NCBI GenBank assembly: GCA_036268015.1
Contig: DATAUX010000224.1
Span: 1 to 43,114, forward strand
Direction of reading: 5' to 3'
DNA from: Solirubrobacteraceae bacterium
GTDB taxonomy: Bacteria > Actinomycetota > Thermoleophilia > Solirubrobacterales > Solirubrobacteraceae
DNA: 43,114 nucleotides
In this document: one piece after another, positions 34,718-43,114 of the stretch
Layout: each line of letters begins with the position of its first letter
Position numbering within the stretch: the stretch's first letter is position 1
The notes under the pieces: model-generated
Database searches by the model: none
What the model was told of the DNA's origin: nothing
Seen by the model: only the letters and a program-made list of their open reading frames with translations
Made by a program: the position numbers and the translations under genes

Positions 34718-35403
34718 CCGGCCGCGGTGCCGGCTGTGACCGGGATCGCCAACCGCGCGGCTCCCGGCGAGTGGCTTCCGATCACGAGCTTGAGGCGGGC
34801 CGGGACGGCGTTGCGCAACTCGAAGACCAGCTTGACCCGCTTGCTCGTGCCCGGCGCCAGCTGCTTGAGGACGAGCGTCTGCCAGAGCGTGTGCGAGAGG
34901 GCTGAGGCGACCGGCAGCGACGGTCGGTAGACGGTGGCGCCGGCGACGAGGTCGACGAGCCCGACCGACGCGGTGCTCGGCGTGGCCGACACCCCGCGCA
35001 CGGCGAGCTTGACGATCACGAGGTGGCCGTGGACGCCCGCCGCCGAGCCCGGCAGGTCGAGGCTGGTCGCCCGCTGGACCGACAGCGGCGAGTAGGCGAC
35101 GCCGCGCGCGACCACGCCCGACCCGCTGCGGAAGGTCGACATCGTCGAATGCGGCCGGGTCGTTGGTGTCGGAGATCGGGGCGGCCGGGTTGCGAAGACG
35201 CTCGGGGGAGCCGGCGTGACCGCCCGCAGCAGGGGGATCAGCACGAGGATGCCGAGCACGAGGCCGACGACCGCCACACACAGTGCGACGTCGGGCCGCC
35301 AGGCTACGCTCGCGTCCGGCTGGCGCCGCCCCGATCCACGTCGGCCCGCGTGGGAGGACCGGCCGGGCATGGGGTGGTGTTCGCTGACCATCCTGCGGTC
35401 CAT
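34714..35403 (-). CDS. membrane-anchored protein with DUF4352-like Ig-fold ectodomain
   Basis: ORF 34714..35502. ATG 35403 is preferred because GGAGA lies 9 nt upstream. One TM (ALCVAVVGLVLGILVLIPLL), a Pro/Thr linker, then a beta-rich domain ending KRVKLVFEL. Confidence 0.55.
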   Translation of the reverse strand: MDRRMVSEHHPMPGRSSHAGRRGSGRRQPDASVAWRPDVALCVAVVGLVLGILVLIPLLRAVTPAPPSVFATRPPRSPTPTTRPHSTMSTFRSGSGVVARGVAYSPLSVQRATSLDLPGSAAGVHGHLVIVKLAVRGVSATPSTASVGLVDLVAGATVYRPSLPVASALSHTLWQTLVLKQLAPGTSKRVKLVFELRNAVPARLKLVIGSHSPGAARLAIPVTAGTAAG

Positions 35404-35651
35404 CCGATCTCGTCTCCACTCGTCGTCGTGGCACCGATCGGCCGGCGCCGATGGCGTCCGGCGCGACCCTTTGTTGGCGTGCTCGACGAAAGATGCCTGC
35501 AATGCCGGGGGTCGCGCGCGTTTGACGCAAAGCTTGCAACTCCTTCCGGGCCTCCTCGCCGGATCCGGACGGGACCGGCGACCGTTGCGGCGGTCCTTCC
35601 CGGCGGCATTAGGCTGTGCGCGACATCCACATCGACCCAGGGAGTGGAAGG

Positions 35652-36698
35652 GTGAACACTACGGCGCAGCAGACCGGCGGCGAGGATCTCCGAGCGGACT
35701 TCGTGTTCGAGGGCGGTGGGGTCAAGGGCATCGGCCTGTCCGGCGCTTACCGCGAGCTGAGCGACCGCGGCTACCACGCACAGTGCGTCGCCGGCACGTC
35801 GGCCGGGGCGATCAACGCCGCGCTGGTCGCCTGCGGGTTCGACGGGGCGGAGGTCGAGGACGTCGCCCTCCACCGGATGAAGTTCCCCGAGTTCGAGGAC
35901 CGGAACTTCCTCGGCCGGTTCGGCAAGCCCGGCGAGGCGGCCGAGTTCTTCAAGACGCGCGGCATGCACAGCGGCGACTACTTCCTCACCTGGATGCGGG
36001 AGCTGCTCGCCGAGAAGGGGATCACCAAGTTCGGCCAGCTGCGCGACCCCGACGCCAAGTCCCCGGCCCGCGAGTACCGCCTCCAGGTGATCGCCTCTGA
36101 TCTCAGTGCCCGCAGCATGCTCGTCCTCCCGCGCGACGCCGCGAAGATCGGCTTCGAGCCCGACGATCTCGAGATCGCCCTGGCCGTGCGGATGAGCATG
36201 TCGATCCCGGTCTTCTTCAACCCGGTCACGCCCGTCGACGCCGACGGGCAGACCCACGTGATCGTCGACGGCGGCCTGCTCTCGAACTATCCGATCTGGC
36301 TCTTCGACGCGCCCGGCGACACCCAGCCGGAGTTCCCGACCTTCGGGATGCTGCTCGTCGCACCCAACCAGAAGGCCCCGCTGGTCGCGACCGGCGCCGA
36401 CGACGCACTCGCCGACGTGACGTCGGATCTCGGCTTCCTCAAGGCGATGGAGGCGACCGTGACCCAGGCTCACGACCGCTTCTACGTCGAGCAGGCCAAC
36501 TACGCCCGGACGATCCCGATCCCGACGCTCGGCGTCAAGACGACCGAGTTCGACGTCTCGCCCGAGCGCACCCAGGCGCTCTTCGACTCCGGCCGCTCGG
36601 CCGCCGCCCAGTTCCTCGAGACCTGGGACTTCCAGGGCTACAAGGACAAGTTCCGCAGCGGCACCACGCCGACCCGCCGCGACACCGTGACGCCCTGA
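35652..36698 (+). CDS. patatin-like phospholipase
   Basis: ORF 35616..36698. GTG 35652 is preferred because GGAG lies 7 nt upstream. Oxyanion motif FEGGGVKG, nucleophile GTSAG (GxSxG), catalytic Asp in IVDGGLLSNYP. Confidence 0.9.
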   Translation: MNTTAQQTGGEDLRADFVFEGGGVKGIGLSGAYRELSDRGYHAQCVAGTSAGAINAALVACGFDGAEVEDVALHRMKFPEFEDRNFLGRFGKPGEAAEFFKTRGMHSGDYFLTWMRELLAEKGITKFGQLRDPDAKSPAREYRLQVIASDLSARSMLVLPRDAAKIGFEPDDLEIALAVRMSMSIPVFFNPVTPVDADGQTHVIVDGGLLSNYPIWLFDAPGDTQPEFPTFGMLLVAPNQKAPLVATGADDALADVTSDLGFLKAMEATVTQAHDRFYVEQANYARTIPIPTLGVKTTEFDVSPERTQALFDSGRSAAAQFLETWDFQGYKDKFRSGTTPTRRDTVTP

Positions 36699-36732
36699 CG
36701 GACGCCGCTCCGCCGGCACGACCCGGCACCGA

Positions 36733-37110
36733 GTGAAGGTCCTCGACACAGCGTGGCGATCGACCATCTCCGCGGCGTCGATCCCGGCCGTCGACCTGCT
36801 GCGCCGCCTGATCGATCAGGGCGAATCGCTGGCCGCCAGTGAGCTCGTGCGCTTCGAGCTCGTCGCCGGCGTCCGCCCCCGCGAGATCGAGCTCCCCGAG
36901 CGGTTCTGCGCGGCGCTCGTCTGGGTCGCCGTCGACGAGACCGTCACGCGCGCGGCCGGTGCGCTGGCCCGCGAGCATCGCTGCGCGTTCGGCGGCATCG
37001 AGGACGTCGACCATCTGATCGCGGCGACCGCGCTGATCCTCGACGCCGACCTGTTGACGACGAACGTCCGCCACTTTCCCATGCTCCCGGGCCTCCAGCC
37101 GGCCTACTGA
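36733..37110 (+). CDS. PIN-domain protein (VapC-like), no cognate antitoxin ORF visible
   Basis: ORF 36733..37110 with a GTG start. Motifs VLDTAW (first acidic residue), SELVRFEL, IEDVDHLIAATA, LLTTNVRHFP. Confidence 0.75.
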   Translation: MKVLDTAWRSTISAASIPAVDLLRRLIDQGESLAASELVRFELVAGVRPREIELPERFCAALVWVAVDETVTRAAGALAREHRCAFGGIEDVDHLIAATALILDADLLTTNVRHFPMLPGLQPAY

Positions 37111-37153
37111 CCGGCCACACCGCCGGCGGCGGCCGGCTCACCGAGCTCGGACT

Positions 37154-37942
37154 ATGCTCCGCTCGGTGAAGGCAGTGATACTCGCCGGCGGCCTCGGCTC
37201 GCGACTGGCCGAGGAGACCGCCCTGCGACCCAAGCCGATGGTCGAGATCGGCGGCAAGCCGATCCTCTGGCACGTGATGAAGATCTACGCGTCGCACGGG
37301 ATCTGCGACTTCGTGATCTGCCTCGGCTACAAGGGCTACGTGATCAAGGAGTACTTCGCCAACTACGGGCTGCACACCTCGGACGTCTCGTTCGATCTCG
37401 GGCTCGGCACCAGGCAGGTTCACCGCTCGGAGACCGAGGCCTGGCGGGTTACGCTGATCGACACGGGCGACGGCACGCAGACCGGGAGCCGTCTGCGCCG
37501 GGTGATGCCCTACCTCGAGGGTGAGTCGGACTTCTGCTTCACCTACGGAGACGGACTCGCCGACGTCGACATCACGCGTCTCGTCGCCTTCCACCGGGCA
37601 CAGGGGACGATCGCCACGGTGACCGCCGTCCAGCCGCCCGGCCGGTTCGGCGCGCTCGCCGTCGACGGCGACCGGGTCGAGGCCTTCAAGGAGAAACCGC
37701 GCGGCGATGGCGGTTGGACCAACGGCGGCTTCTTCGTCCTCAAGCCGGCCGTCGTCGACTACATCGCCGGCGGCTCCGACGTCGTCTGGGAGCAGGAGCC
37801 CGTCCGCGATCTGGCCCGCGACGGCCAACTCTCGTCATACCGCCATCGCGGCTTCTGGCAGCCGATGGACACGGTTCGCGACCGCAGCGCGCTCGAGCGG
37901 CTCTGGGAATCCGGCGACCCACCATGGCGGAGCTGGGATTGA
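37154..37942 (+). CDS. rfbF: glucose-1-phosphate cytidylyltransferase
   Basis: ORF 37154..37942. Motifs KAVILAGGLGSRL, RPKPMVEIGGKPILWHVMKIY, CLGYKGYVIKEYF, GGWINGGFFV-like GGWTNGGFFV, GFWQPMDT. Confidence 0.92.
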   Translation: MLRSVKAVILAGGLGSRLAEETALRPKPMVEIGGKPILWHVMKIYASHGICDFVICLGYKGYVIKEYFANYGLHTSDVSFDLGLGTRQVHRSETEAWRVTLIDTGDGTQTGSRLRRVMPYLEGESDFCFTYGDGLADVDITRLVAFHRAQGTIATVTAVQPPGRFGALAVDGDRVEAFKEKPRGDGGWTNGGFFVLKPAVVDYIAGGSDVVWEQEPVRDLARDGQLSSYRHRGFWQPMDTVRDRSALERLWESGDPPWRSWD

Positions 37943-37952
37943 CCCGCCCAAC

Positions 37953-40508
37953 TTGAAGCCGCCGCCCGCGGATCCGCCCGGCGCGTCCGGCCCCCGCCGA
38001 CCGCCGGGCCGGCCGGTCCGCTGGTCCGCCGCCGTGATCGGCCGCGTCCGCGGGCGTGATGGCGTCGTCGTCGTCGGCCTGCTCGCGCTCGGCCTGCTGC
38101 TCGTCTACCCGGCCGTCCTCGGCGGTCGGGTCCTCGCGCCCGAGGACATCCTCCTCTTCAGCCCTCCGCTCGAGTCGCTCCGGCCGGACTCGTTGATCCG
38201 GCCGGCCAACTACCTGCTCTCCGACTCGGTCGTCGTCTTCCACCCCGATCTGGCCTGGGTCCGCGGCGTGCTGCGCTCCGGACACCTCCCGCTCTGGGAT
38301 CCCGACATCCTCACCGGCGAGCCGCTGCTCGCGACCCAGCAGACGGCGATGCTGTTCCCGCTCAGCCTGCTCGCCTACGTCCTCCCGTTCTGGTCGGCGC
38401 TGGGGATCATCGCCGTCCTCAAGGTGCTCCTCGCCGGACTCGGGACCTGGTGGGTCTGCCGAACGCTCGGCCTCCGGCCCGCCGCGGCCTGGCTCGCCGC
38501 GGTGACCTACGGACTCGGCACCTACTTCGTCGTCTGGCTCGACCACCCCCAGACCAACGTCTGGCTGCTCGTCCCCTGGCTCCTGCTCGCCGTCCGCCGC
38601 GTCGCTCGCCGCCGCGACCTGCGCGGGGTCGCGCTGCTCGGCGCCGCCGTCGGACTCGCCCTGCTCGGAGGGCATCCCGAGAGCGTCTTCCTTGTCGGGC
38701 TCCTCGTCGTCGCCTTCGCCGCGAACGAGGTGGCCGGCCCGGGTGCGTCCGCCTGGCTCGCCGGCTCACGACGAGGCGTGCTCGCCCGGCTGGTCGCCGG
38801 CGCCGTGCTCGGAGCGCTCTGCGGCCTCGTCGTCGTCGTCCCCTTCATCGAGCAGATCGGCCAGTCCGTGAACGCCGCGCGCGGCGGCGCCAACCTTCCC
38901 CAACGAGCCCTGCTCAGCCTGTTCATGCCCGACTTCTGGGGCAGACCCGACACCGGGTTCTCGGGGAACGGCCCGATCAACTACGCCGAGCGGACGCTCT
39001 ACATCGGCGCGCTCCCCCTCCTGCTCGCCCTCGCCGGCCTCCACCGCAGGATGCGCCGGGAGCAGCGCTTCTTCCTCCTCACACTGCTCGGCGCCCTCGT
39101 TCTCGCGGTCCACCTGCCCGGCCTCGGCGGCCTCCCCCGGCTCCCGGTCCTCAAGGAGGTCGCCCTCGCCCGCGCCCTCGTGATCGCGTCGTTCTCGCTC
39201 GCGATGCTCGCCGCCTACGGTCTCGAGAGCTTCCTCGACGGTGACGCGCCCCACCGGCGGCGCATGCTCCTGGTCGGATCGCTCGTCGGCCTCGTCCCGG
39301 TCGTCGCGGAGCTGATCGGCGGCCGCGGCGTCGGTCGTCTGCCGCGTTTCGCCGATCTCGCCCCCAGCCTCTGGGGTCGGACGGTCAACCAGGCGCAGGC
39401 CGAGGCCGGCGCCATGACGCGCTGGGTCCTGGCCGCCGGGCTCGGCCTCGTCCTGCTGTACCTGCTCGGCCGCTCCCGGCGCCGGCGGGTCCTGATCGCC
39501 GTGACGCTCGGCTGGTGTGCGATCGACCTGCTGGCCCTCGACCACGGCTACCAGCCGGCGATCTCGCAGGCGCTCGCCGACCCGCCGGCGACCCCGTCGA
39601 TCGTCGCGGCCCGGGCCGCCGAGGGTCACGGGCGGGTCGCCGGCCTCGGCCAGTACCTGATCTCCAACGTCGCCGAGCGCTATGGCCTGCGCGACGTACG
39701 CGGCCACGAGCTGCCCGTGAACCGGCGCTTCATCGACCTCTTCGCCGGCCTCGGCGGCACCGTCGCTCCCGGCACCCTGCTCTACACCAATCGGAAGACC
39801 GGCCGGCTGCTCGACGACCTCGGCGTCAGCGCCTTCCTCACCGGCCCCACCCTGAGCCCGAAGCTCGCCCAGCTGCGCCTCGTCTCGGCCACCGCCGACG
39901 GTCGCGTCTATCGCAACACGACCGCCCTCCCGCGGGCCTACCTGGCCAGCAGCTGGACGCCCGTTCCCAACCGGACGGCGGCGCTCGCCGCGACGCTCCG
40001 GAGCACCCCCGTCGAGCTGCGCCGGACCCCTGTGATCGAGACCGCGAGCGCCCCTCCGGCCAGCCGCCCGAGGCGGCGCGGAAGCTCGACCGTCGCGTTC
40101 ACGACCGACGCCGCCGACGAGGTCAAGCTGAGCGTCGGGTCTCCCACCGGCGGCTACCTCGTCCTGCTCGACTCCTACTACCCCGGCTGGCAGGCGACCA
40201 TCGACGGCCGTCGTGTCTCGATCCAGGCGGCCAACGAGGCCTTCCGCGGTGTCCGCGTCCCGCCCGGAGCTCACCAGGTCGACTTCCGCTACCGCCCGAC
40301 CTCGGTCCTCGCCGGTGGGCTCGCCAGCCTCGCCGGCTGGCTGATCGTCCTGCTCGGCCTGATCGTCAGGCCCCGTCGACCCCGCCGGCAGGGCCGACCC
40401 GGCCGACCCACGACCGGCTGGCGAGATCGCCGACCACCTCGCTTGCGGCGGTCGGGCTCCGAAAAGACAGCCGACACGATGCCGGATGGTGTGCGCATGA
40501 TCGTTTAG
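37953..40508 (+). CDS. YfhO-family polytopic membrane protein (GT-C-type glycosyltransferase candidate)
   Basis: Inside ORF 37707..40508. TTG 37953 is preferred because GC3 stays high from there (alternative GTG 38034). At least 12 hydrophobic segments. N-terminal LPLWDPDILTGEPLLATQQTAMLFPLSLL is YfhO-like. Large C-terminal extracytoplasmic domain with a final TM. Confidence 0.75.
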   Translation: MKPPPADPPGASGPRRPPGRPVRWSAAVIGRVRGRDGVVVVGLLALGLLLVYPAVLGGRVLAPEDILLFSPPLESLRPDSLIRPANYLLSDSVVVFHPDLAWVRGVLRSGHLPLWDPDILTGEPLLATQQTAMLFPLSLLAYVLPFWSALGIIAVLKVLLAGLGTWWVCRTLGLRPAAAWLAAVTYGLGTYFVVWLDHPQTNVWLLVPWLLLAVRRVARRRDLRGVALLGAAVGLALLGGHPESVFLVGLLVVAFAANEVAGPGASAWLAGSRRGVLARLVAGAVLGALCGLVVVVPFIEQIGQSVNAARGGANLPQRALLSLFMPDFWGRPDTGFSGNGPINYAERTLYIGALPLLLALAGLHRRMRREQRFFLLTLLGALVLAVHLPGLGGLPRLPVLKEVALARALVIASFSLAMLAAYGLESFLDGDAPHRRRMLLVGSLVGLVPVVAELIGGRGVGRLPRFADLAPSLWGRTVNQAQAEAGAMTRWVLAAGLGLVLLYLLGRSRRRRVLIAVTLGWCAIDLLALDHGYQPAISQALADPPATPSIVAARAAEGHGRVAGLGQYLISNVAERYGLRDVRGHELPVNRRFIDLFAGLGGTVAPGTLLYTNRKTGRLLDDLGVSAFLTGPTLSPKLAQLRLVSATADGRVYRNTTALPRAYLASSWTPVPNRTAALAATLRSTPVELRRTPVIETASAPPASRPRRRGSSTVAFTTDAADEVKLSVGSPTGGYLVLLDSYYPGWQATIDGRRVSIQAANEAFRGVRVPPGAHQVDFRYRPTSVLAGGLASLAGWLIVLLGLIVRPRRPRRQGRPGRPTTGWRDRRPPRLRRSGSEKTADTMPDGVRMIV

Positions 40509-40519
40509 GGTCAGCCCGG

Positions 40520-41752
40520 ATGCCCGGTCCTCTCTGCCGATTCTGTGCCCAGCCGCTCGAGCATGTCTTCGCCGATCTGGGGATGTCGCCGCTCGCCAAC
40601 AGTTATCTCGCCGGCGGTCAGCTTGCCGCGATGGAGCCGTTCTATCCGCTGCTGGCCTACGTCTGCTCGGGGTGTCTGCTCGTCCAGCTCGAGGAGTTCG
40701 AGACGCCCGATCGGATCTTCAGCGATTACGCGTACTTCTCGTCGTATTCGACGACCTGGCTCGACCATTCTCGCGACTATGTCGAGCGGATGGTTGAGCG
40801 GTTCCGGCTCGGCGAGTCGAGTCATGTCGTCGAGCTCGCGTCCAACGACGGGTATCTGCTCCAGTACTTCCATGCCCGGCACATCCCCGTGCTCGGGATC
40901 GAGCCGGCCGCGAACGTCGCCAAGCTCGCCCTGCAGAAGGGGATTCCGACGCTCGTCGAGTTCTTCGGCGTCGAGACCGCCCGGTCGCTCGTGCCCGACT
41001 CGCGGGCCGATCTCCTGCTCGGCAACAACGTCCTCGCGCACGTTCCCGATCTCAACGACTTCGTCGCCGGGATGAAGATCCTGCTCAAGCCGGGTGGCGT
41101 GATCACGATGGAGTTTCCCCATCTGCTGAGCCTCGTCGAGCAGAACCAGTGGGACACGATCTATCACGAGCACTTCTCCTACTTCAGCTTCCGCACCGTC
41201 CGCGCCGTGTTCGCCGCTCACGGGCTGCGCCTGTTCGACGTCGACCGGCTGCCGACGCACGGCGGGTCGCTGCGGATCTACGGGGCGCATGCCGAAGACG
41301 CGGGCAAGCCGGACACCGACCGGACGGTCGACCTGCTCGAGCTCGAGCGGGCCGCCGGGTTCGAGGAGCTCGCGACCTACGTCGACTACGGTCGGCGGGT
41401 CGCGCTCGACAAGATGCAGATCCTCGCGTTCCTGATCGACTGCAAGCGGGCCGGGAAGACCGTCGTCGGCTATGGCGCGCCGGCGAAGGGCAACACGCTG
41501 CTCAACTACTGCGGGATCGGTCCCGAGTTCATCGACTACACGTGTGACCTGAACCCCCACAAGCAGGGTCACTTCCTGCCCGGCAGTCACATCCCGATCC
41601 GCTCGCCCGACGCGATCCGCGAGACCCGGCCCGACGTCGTGCTGATCCTCCCGTGGAACCTCAAGGACGAGATCATCGACCAGCTCGCCTACGTCCGCGA
41701 ATGGGGCGGCCGGTTCGCCGCCCGCTCGCCGGAGCTCAGCCTCCAGGCATGA
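40520..41752 (+). CDS. SAM-dependent NDP-hexose C-methyltransferase (TylCIII-like; Zn-ribbon + methyltransferase + C-methyltransferase C-terminal domain)
   Basis: ATG at 40520 inside ORF 39515..41752. Motifs CRFC...CSGC, VVELASNDGYLL (SAM motif I), HEHFSYFS, GYGAPAKGNTLLNY. Confidence 0.9.
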   Translation: MPGPLCRFCAQPLEHVFADLGMSPLANSYLAGGQLAAMEPFYPLLAYVCSGCLLVQLEEFETPDRIFSDYAYFSSYSTTWLDHSRDYVERMVERFRLGESSHVVELASNDGYLLQYFHARHIPVLGIEPAANVAKLALQKGIPTLVEFFGVETARSLVPDSRADLLLGNNVLAHVPDLNDFVAGMKILLKPGGVITMEFPHLLSLVEQNQWDTIYHEHFSYFSFRTVRAVFAAHGLRLFDVDRLPTHGGSLRIYGAHAEDAGKPDTDRTVDLLELERAAGFEELATYVDYGRRVALDKMQILAFLIDCKRAGKTVVGYGAPAKGNTLLNYCGIGPEFIDYTCDLNPHKQGHFLPGSHIPIRSPDAIRETRPDVVLILPWNLKDEIIDQLAYVREWGGRFAARSPELSLQA

Positions 41753-42285
41753 GATTCGAGGCGACGCCGCTCCCCGGGCTCTGGGTGATCGACGTCGACC
41801 CGGTCACCGACGACCGCGGCTGGTTCGCCCGGACCTTCGATGCCGCCGAGTTCGCCGCCCACGGCCTGCCGGCGACCGTCGTCCAGTGCAACGCCTCGTT
41901 CAACGCCCGCCGCGACACGCTTCGCGGCATGCACTACCAGGCCGACCCCCACGGCGAGACGAAGCTCGTCCGCTGCGTCAGCGGTGCCGTCTTCGACGTC
42001 GCCGTCGACCTGCGTCCCGACTCGCCGACCTTCGCCCGCTGGCACGGCGTCGAGCTGACCGCGGCCAACCGCAGGATGCTCTATATCCCGGTCGGTTTCG
42101 CCCACGGCTTCCAGACACTGACCGACGACTCCGAGCTGCTGTATCTGATGGGCCACGAGTACGTCCCCGACGCAGCCCGCGGAGTCCGCTTCGACGACCC
42201 GGCCTTTGCAATCGACTGGCCCGCCCCGACCGGCGAGCGAATCGTCTCCGAGCGCGATCTCGGCTATCCGGACTTCGACGCGTGA
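41749..42285 (+). CDS. NDP-4-keto-6-deoxyhexose 3,5-epimerase (RmlC-like cupin)
   Basis: ATG at 41749 overlaps the upstream stop (ATGA). Motifs DDRGWFARTF, RGMHYQ, KLVRCVSGAVFDVAVDLR, YIPVGFAHGFQTL. Confidence 0.9.
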   Translation: MRFEATPLPGLWVIDVDPVTDDRGWFARTFDAAEFAAHGLPATVVQCNASFNARRDTLRGMHYQADPHGETKLVRCVSGAVFDVAVDLRPDSPTFARWHGVELTAANRRMLYIPVGFAHGFQTLTDDSELLYLMGHEYVPDAARGVRFDDPAFAIDWPAPTGERIVSERDLGYPDFDA

Positions 42286-42292
42286 AGCGCGC

Positions 42293-43114
42293 TTGAGCCC
42301 GGCTTCGGCGACCGCCGCGACCGACCACCTCGATACCGCCGAGGCAGGTGGCCGGGCGCTGCGTGGGGGCGTCCTGCGGAGCGCCGGATATGCCGGCGGG
42401 ATACTCCTCTCGCTGGCCTCGGCCCCGATCCTGATCCGCCATCTCGGGACGATCGGCTTCGGCCAGTACGTCACGGCCGTCTCGATCGTCGCCGTCGTGC
42501 TCGGCCTCACCGAGGGCGGACTCAACGCGATCGCGCTCCGCGAGTACGCCACGCTCCGCGGCGCCCAGCGCGACCAGTTGATGCGCAACGCGCTCGGCGT
42601 CCGCCTCGTCCTTTCGACCGTCGGAGTCCTCGGTGCGATCGGCTTCACAGCCCTGGCCGGCTACGGCTCGACGCTGGTGCTCGGCGTCACGGCGGCCGGC
42701 GCCGGCCTGATCGTCCAGCTGATGCAGAGCATCCTCTCCGTCCCGCTCCAGAGCCAGCTCTCGCTCGGCCGGGCCTCGCTGGTCGACTTCGTTCGTCAGG
42801 TGGTCAGCGTGTCGCTGATCATTCTGCTCGCGCTCACCGGCGCCGGCCTCGTCGCCCTGCTGGCGGTCGCGATCCCAGCGTCGGTGATCTCGCTCGCGCT
42901 GACCGCCGTGCTCGTCCGCCGGCTGACCCCGCTGCGCCCGGCCTTCCACCCGCGCGATTGGTGGCCGCTGCTGCGCGACAGCGTGCCCTACGCCGCGGCG
43001 ATCGCCGTGAACGTCGTCTACTTCCGCGTCGCGATCATCCTCACGTCGCTCCTCTCGACAAAGGCGCAGACCGGATATTTCGCCGTCTCCTTCCGGATCA
43101 TCGAAGTGCTCGTC
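42293..43114 (+). CDS. Wzx-like polysaccharide flippase (MOP superfamily), 3' end cut by window edge
   Basis: Absent from the ORF track because there is no stop before the window end. My translation from TTG 42293 is open through 43114 (274 codons). It has high GC3 and successive TM segments, for example GYAGGILLSLASAPILIRHLG..FGQYV, typical of the polysaccharide-biosynthesis-protein N-terminus. Confidence 0.7.
   Translation, partial: MSPASATAATDHLDTAEAGGRALRGGVLRSAGYAGGILLSLASAPILIRHLGTIGFGQYVTAVSIVAVVLGLTEGGLNAIALREYATLRGAQRDQLMRNALGVRLVLSTVGVLGAIGFTALAGYGSTLVLGVTAAGAGLIVQLMQSILSVPLQSQLSLGRASLVDFVRQVVSVSLIILLALTGAGLVALLAVAIPASVISLALTAVLVRRLTPLRPAFHPRDWWPLLRDSVPYAAAIAVNVVYFRVAIILTSLLSTKAQTGYFAVSFRIIEVLV

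Noticed and set aside
35522-35545. TTGACG followed by the GCAAAGCTTGC near-palindrome as a promoter/operator for patatin
   Set aside because: There is no acceptable -10 hexamer at 16-18 bp, and the palindrome is short and imperfect.

Overview
This is a 43.1-kb, very GC-rich chromosomal segment of actinobacterial type. GC is about 70% or more by eye, and I used the strong GC3 bias to separate real frames from shadow ORFs. I see no rRNA, tRNA, CRISPR array, transposase or integrase. About 45 CDS are credible. (i) 1-18.3 kb holds envelope-glycan nucleotide-sugar genes. These include two GDP-mannose 4,6-dehydratase paralogues, several SDR epimerases and two nucleotide-sugar dehydrogenases. A WbpA/WbpB/WbpD/WbpE-like set (UDP-2,3-diacetamido-2,3-dideoxy-hexuronate route) sits next to a TagA-like transferase, and a CDP-glucose 4,6-dehydratase follows. 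(ii) 18.3-25.8 kb holds a PEP-mutase/ICL-family gene and a minus-strand amide-catabolic operon: a racemase-fold enzyme with an arylmalonate-decarboxylase-like single Cys, an amidase, a formamidase-like gene, an APC permease and a second formamidase-like gene. A GntR/FCD regulator lies upstream, with two TTGGTATTACC boxes in the operon. (iii) 25.9-30.7 kb holds a DUF6458-like membrane protein and a 394-bp gene-free convergent spacer carrying two unusual repeat arrays. It also holds a MEDS-6TM-GGDEF-HD-GYP enzyme, a small secreted repeat peptide and a ScyD/ScyE-like lipoprotein with no canonical start codon. (iv) 30.7-34.4 kb is a four-gene minus-strand operon joined only by GTGA start/stop overlaps: two paralogous unknown proteins, a DyP peroxidase and an atypical cytochrome P450. 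(v) 34.5-37.1 kb holds small membrane proteins, a patatin-like phospholipase and an orphan PIN/VapC. (vi) 37.2-43.1 kb holds rfbF, a YfhO-like GT-C membrane protein, an NDP-hexose C-methyltransferase, a 3,5-epimerase and a Wzx-like flippase truncated at the window edge. The best novelty candidates are the paralogue-paralogue-DyP-P450 operon and the helically phased GTAC palindrome array at 26414-26502. All function calls come from motif recognition by eye; no database search was possible.
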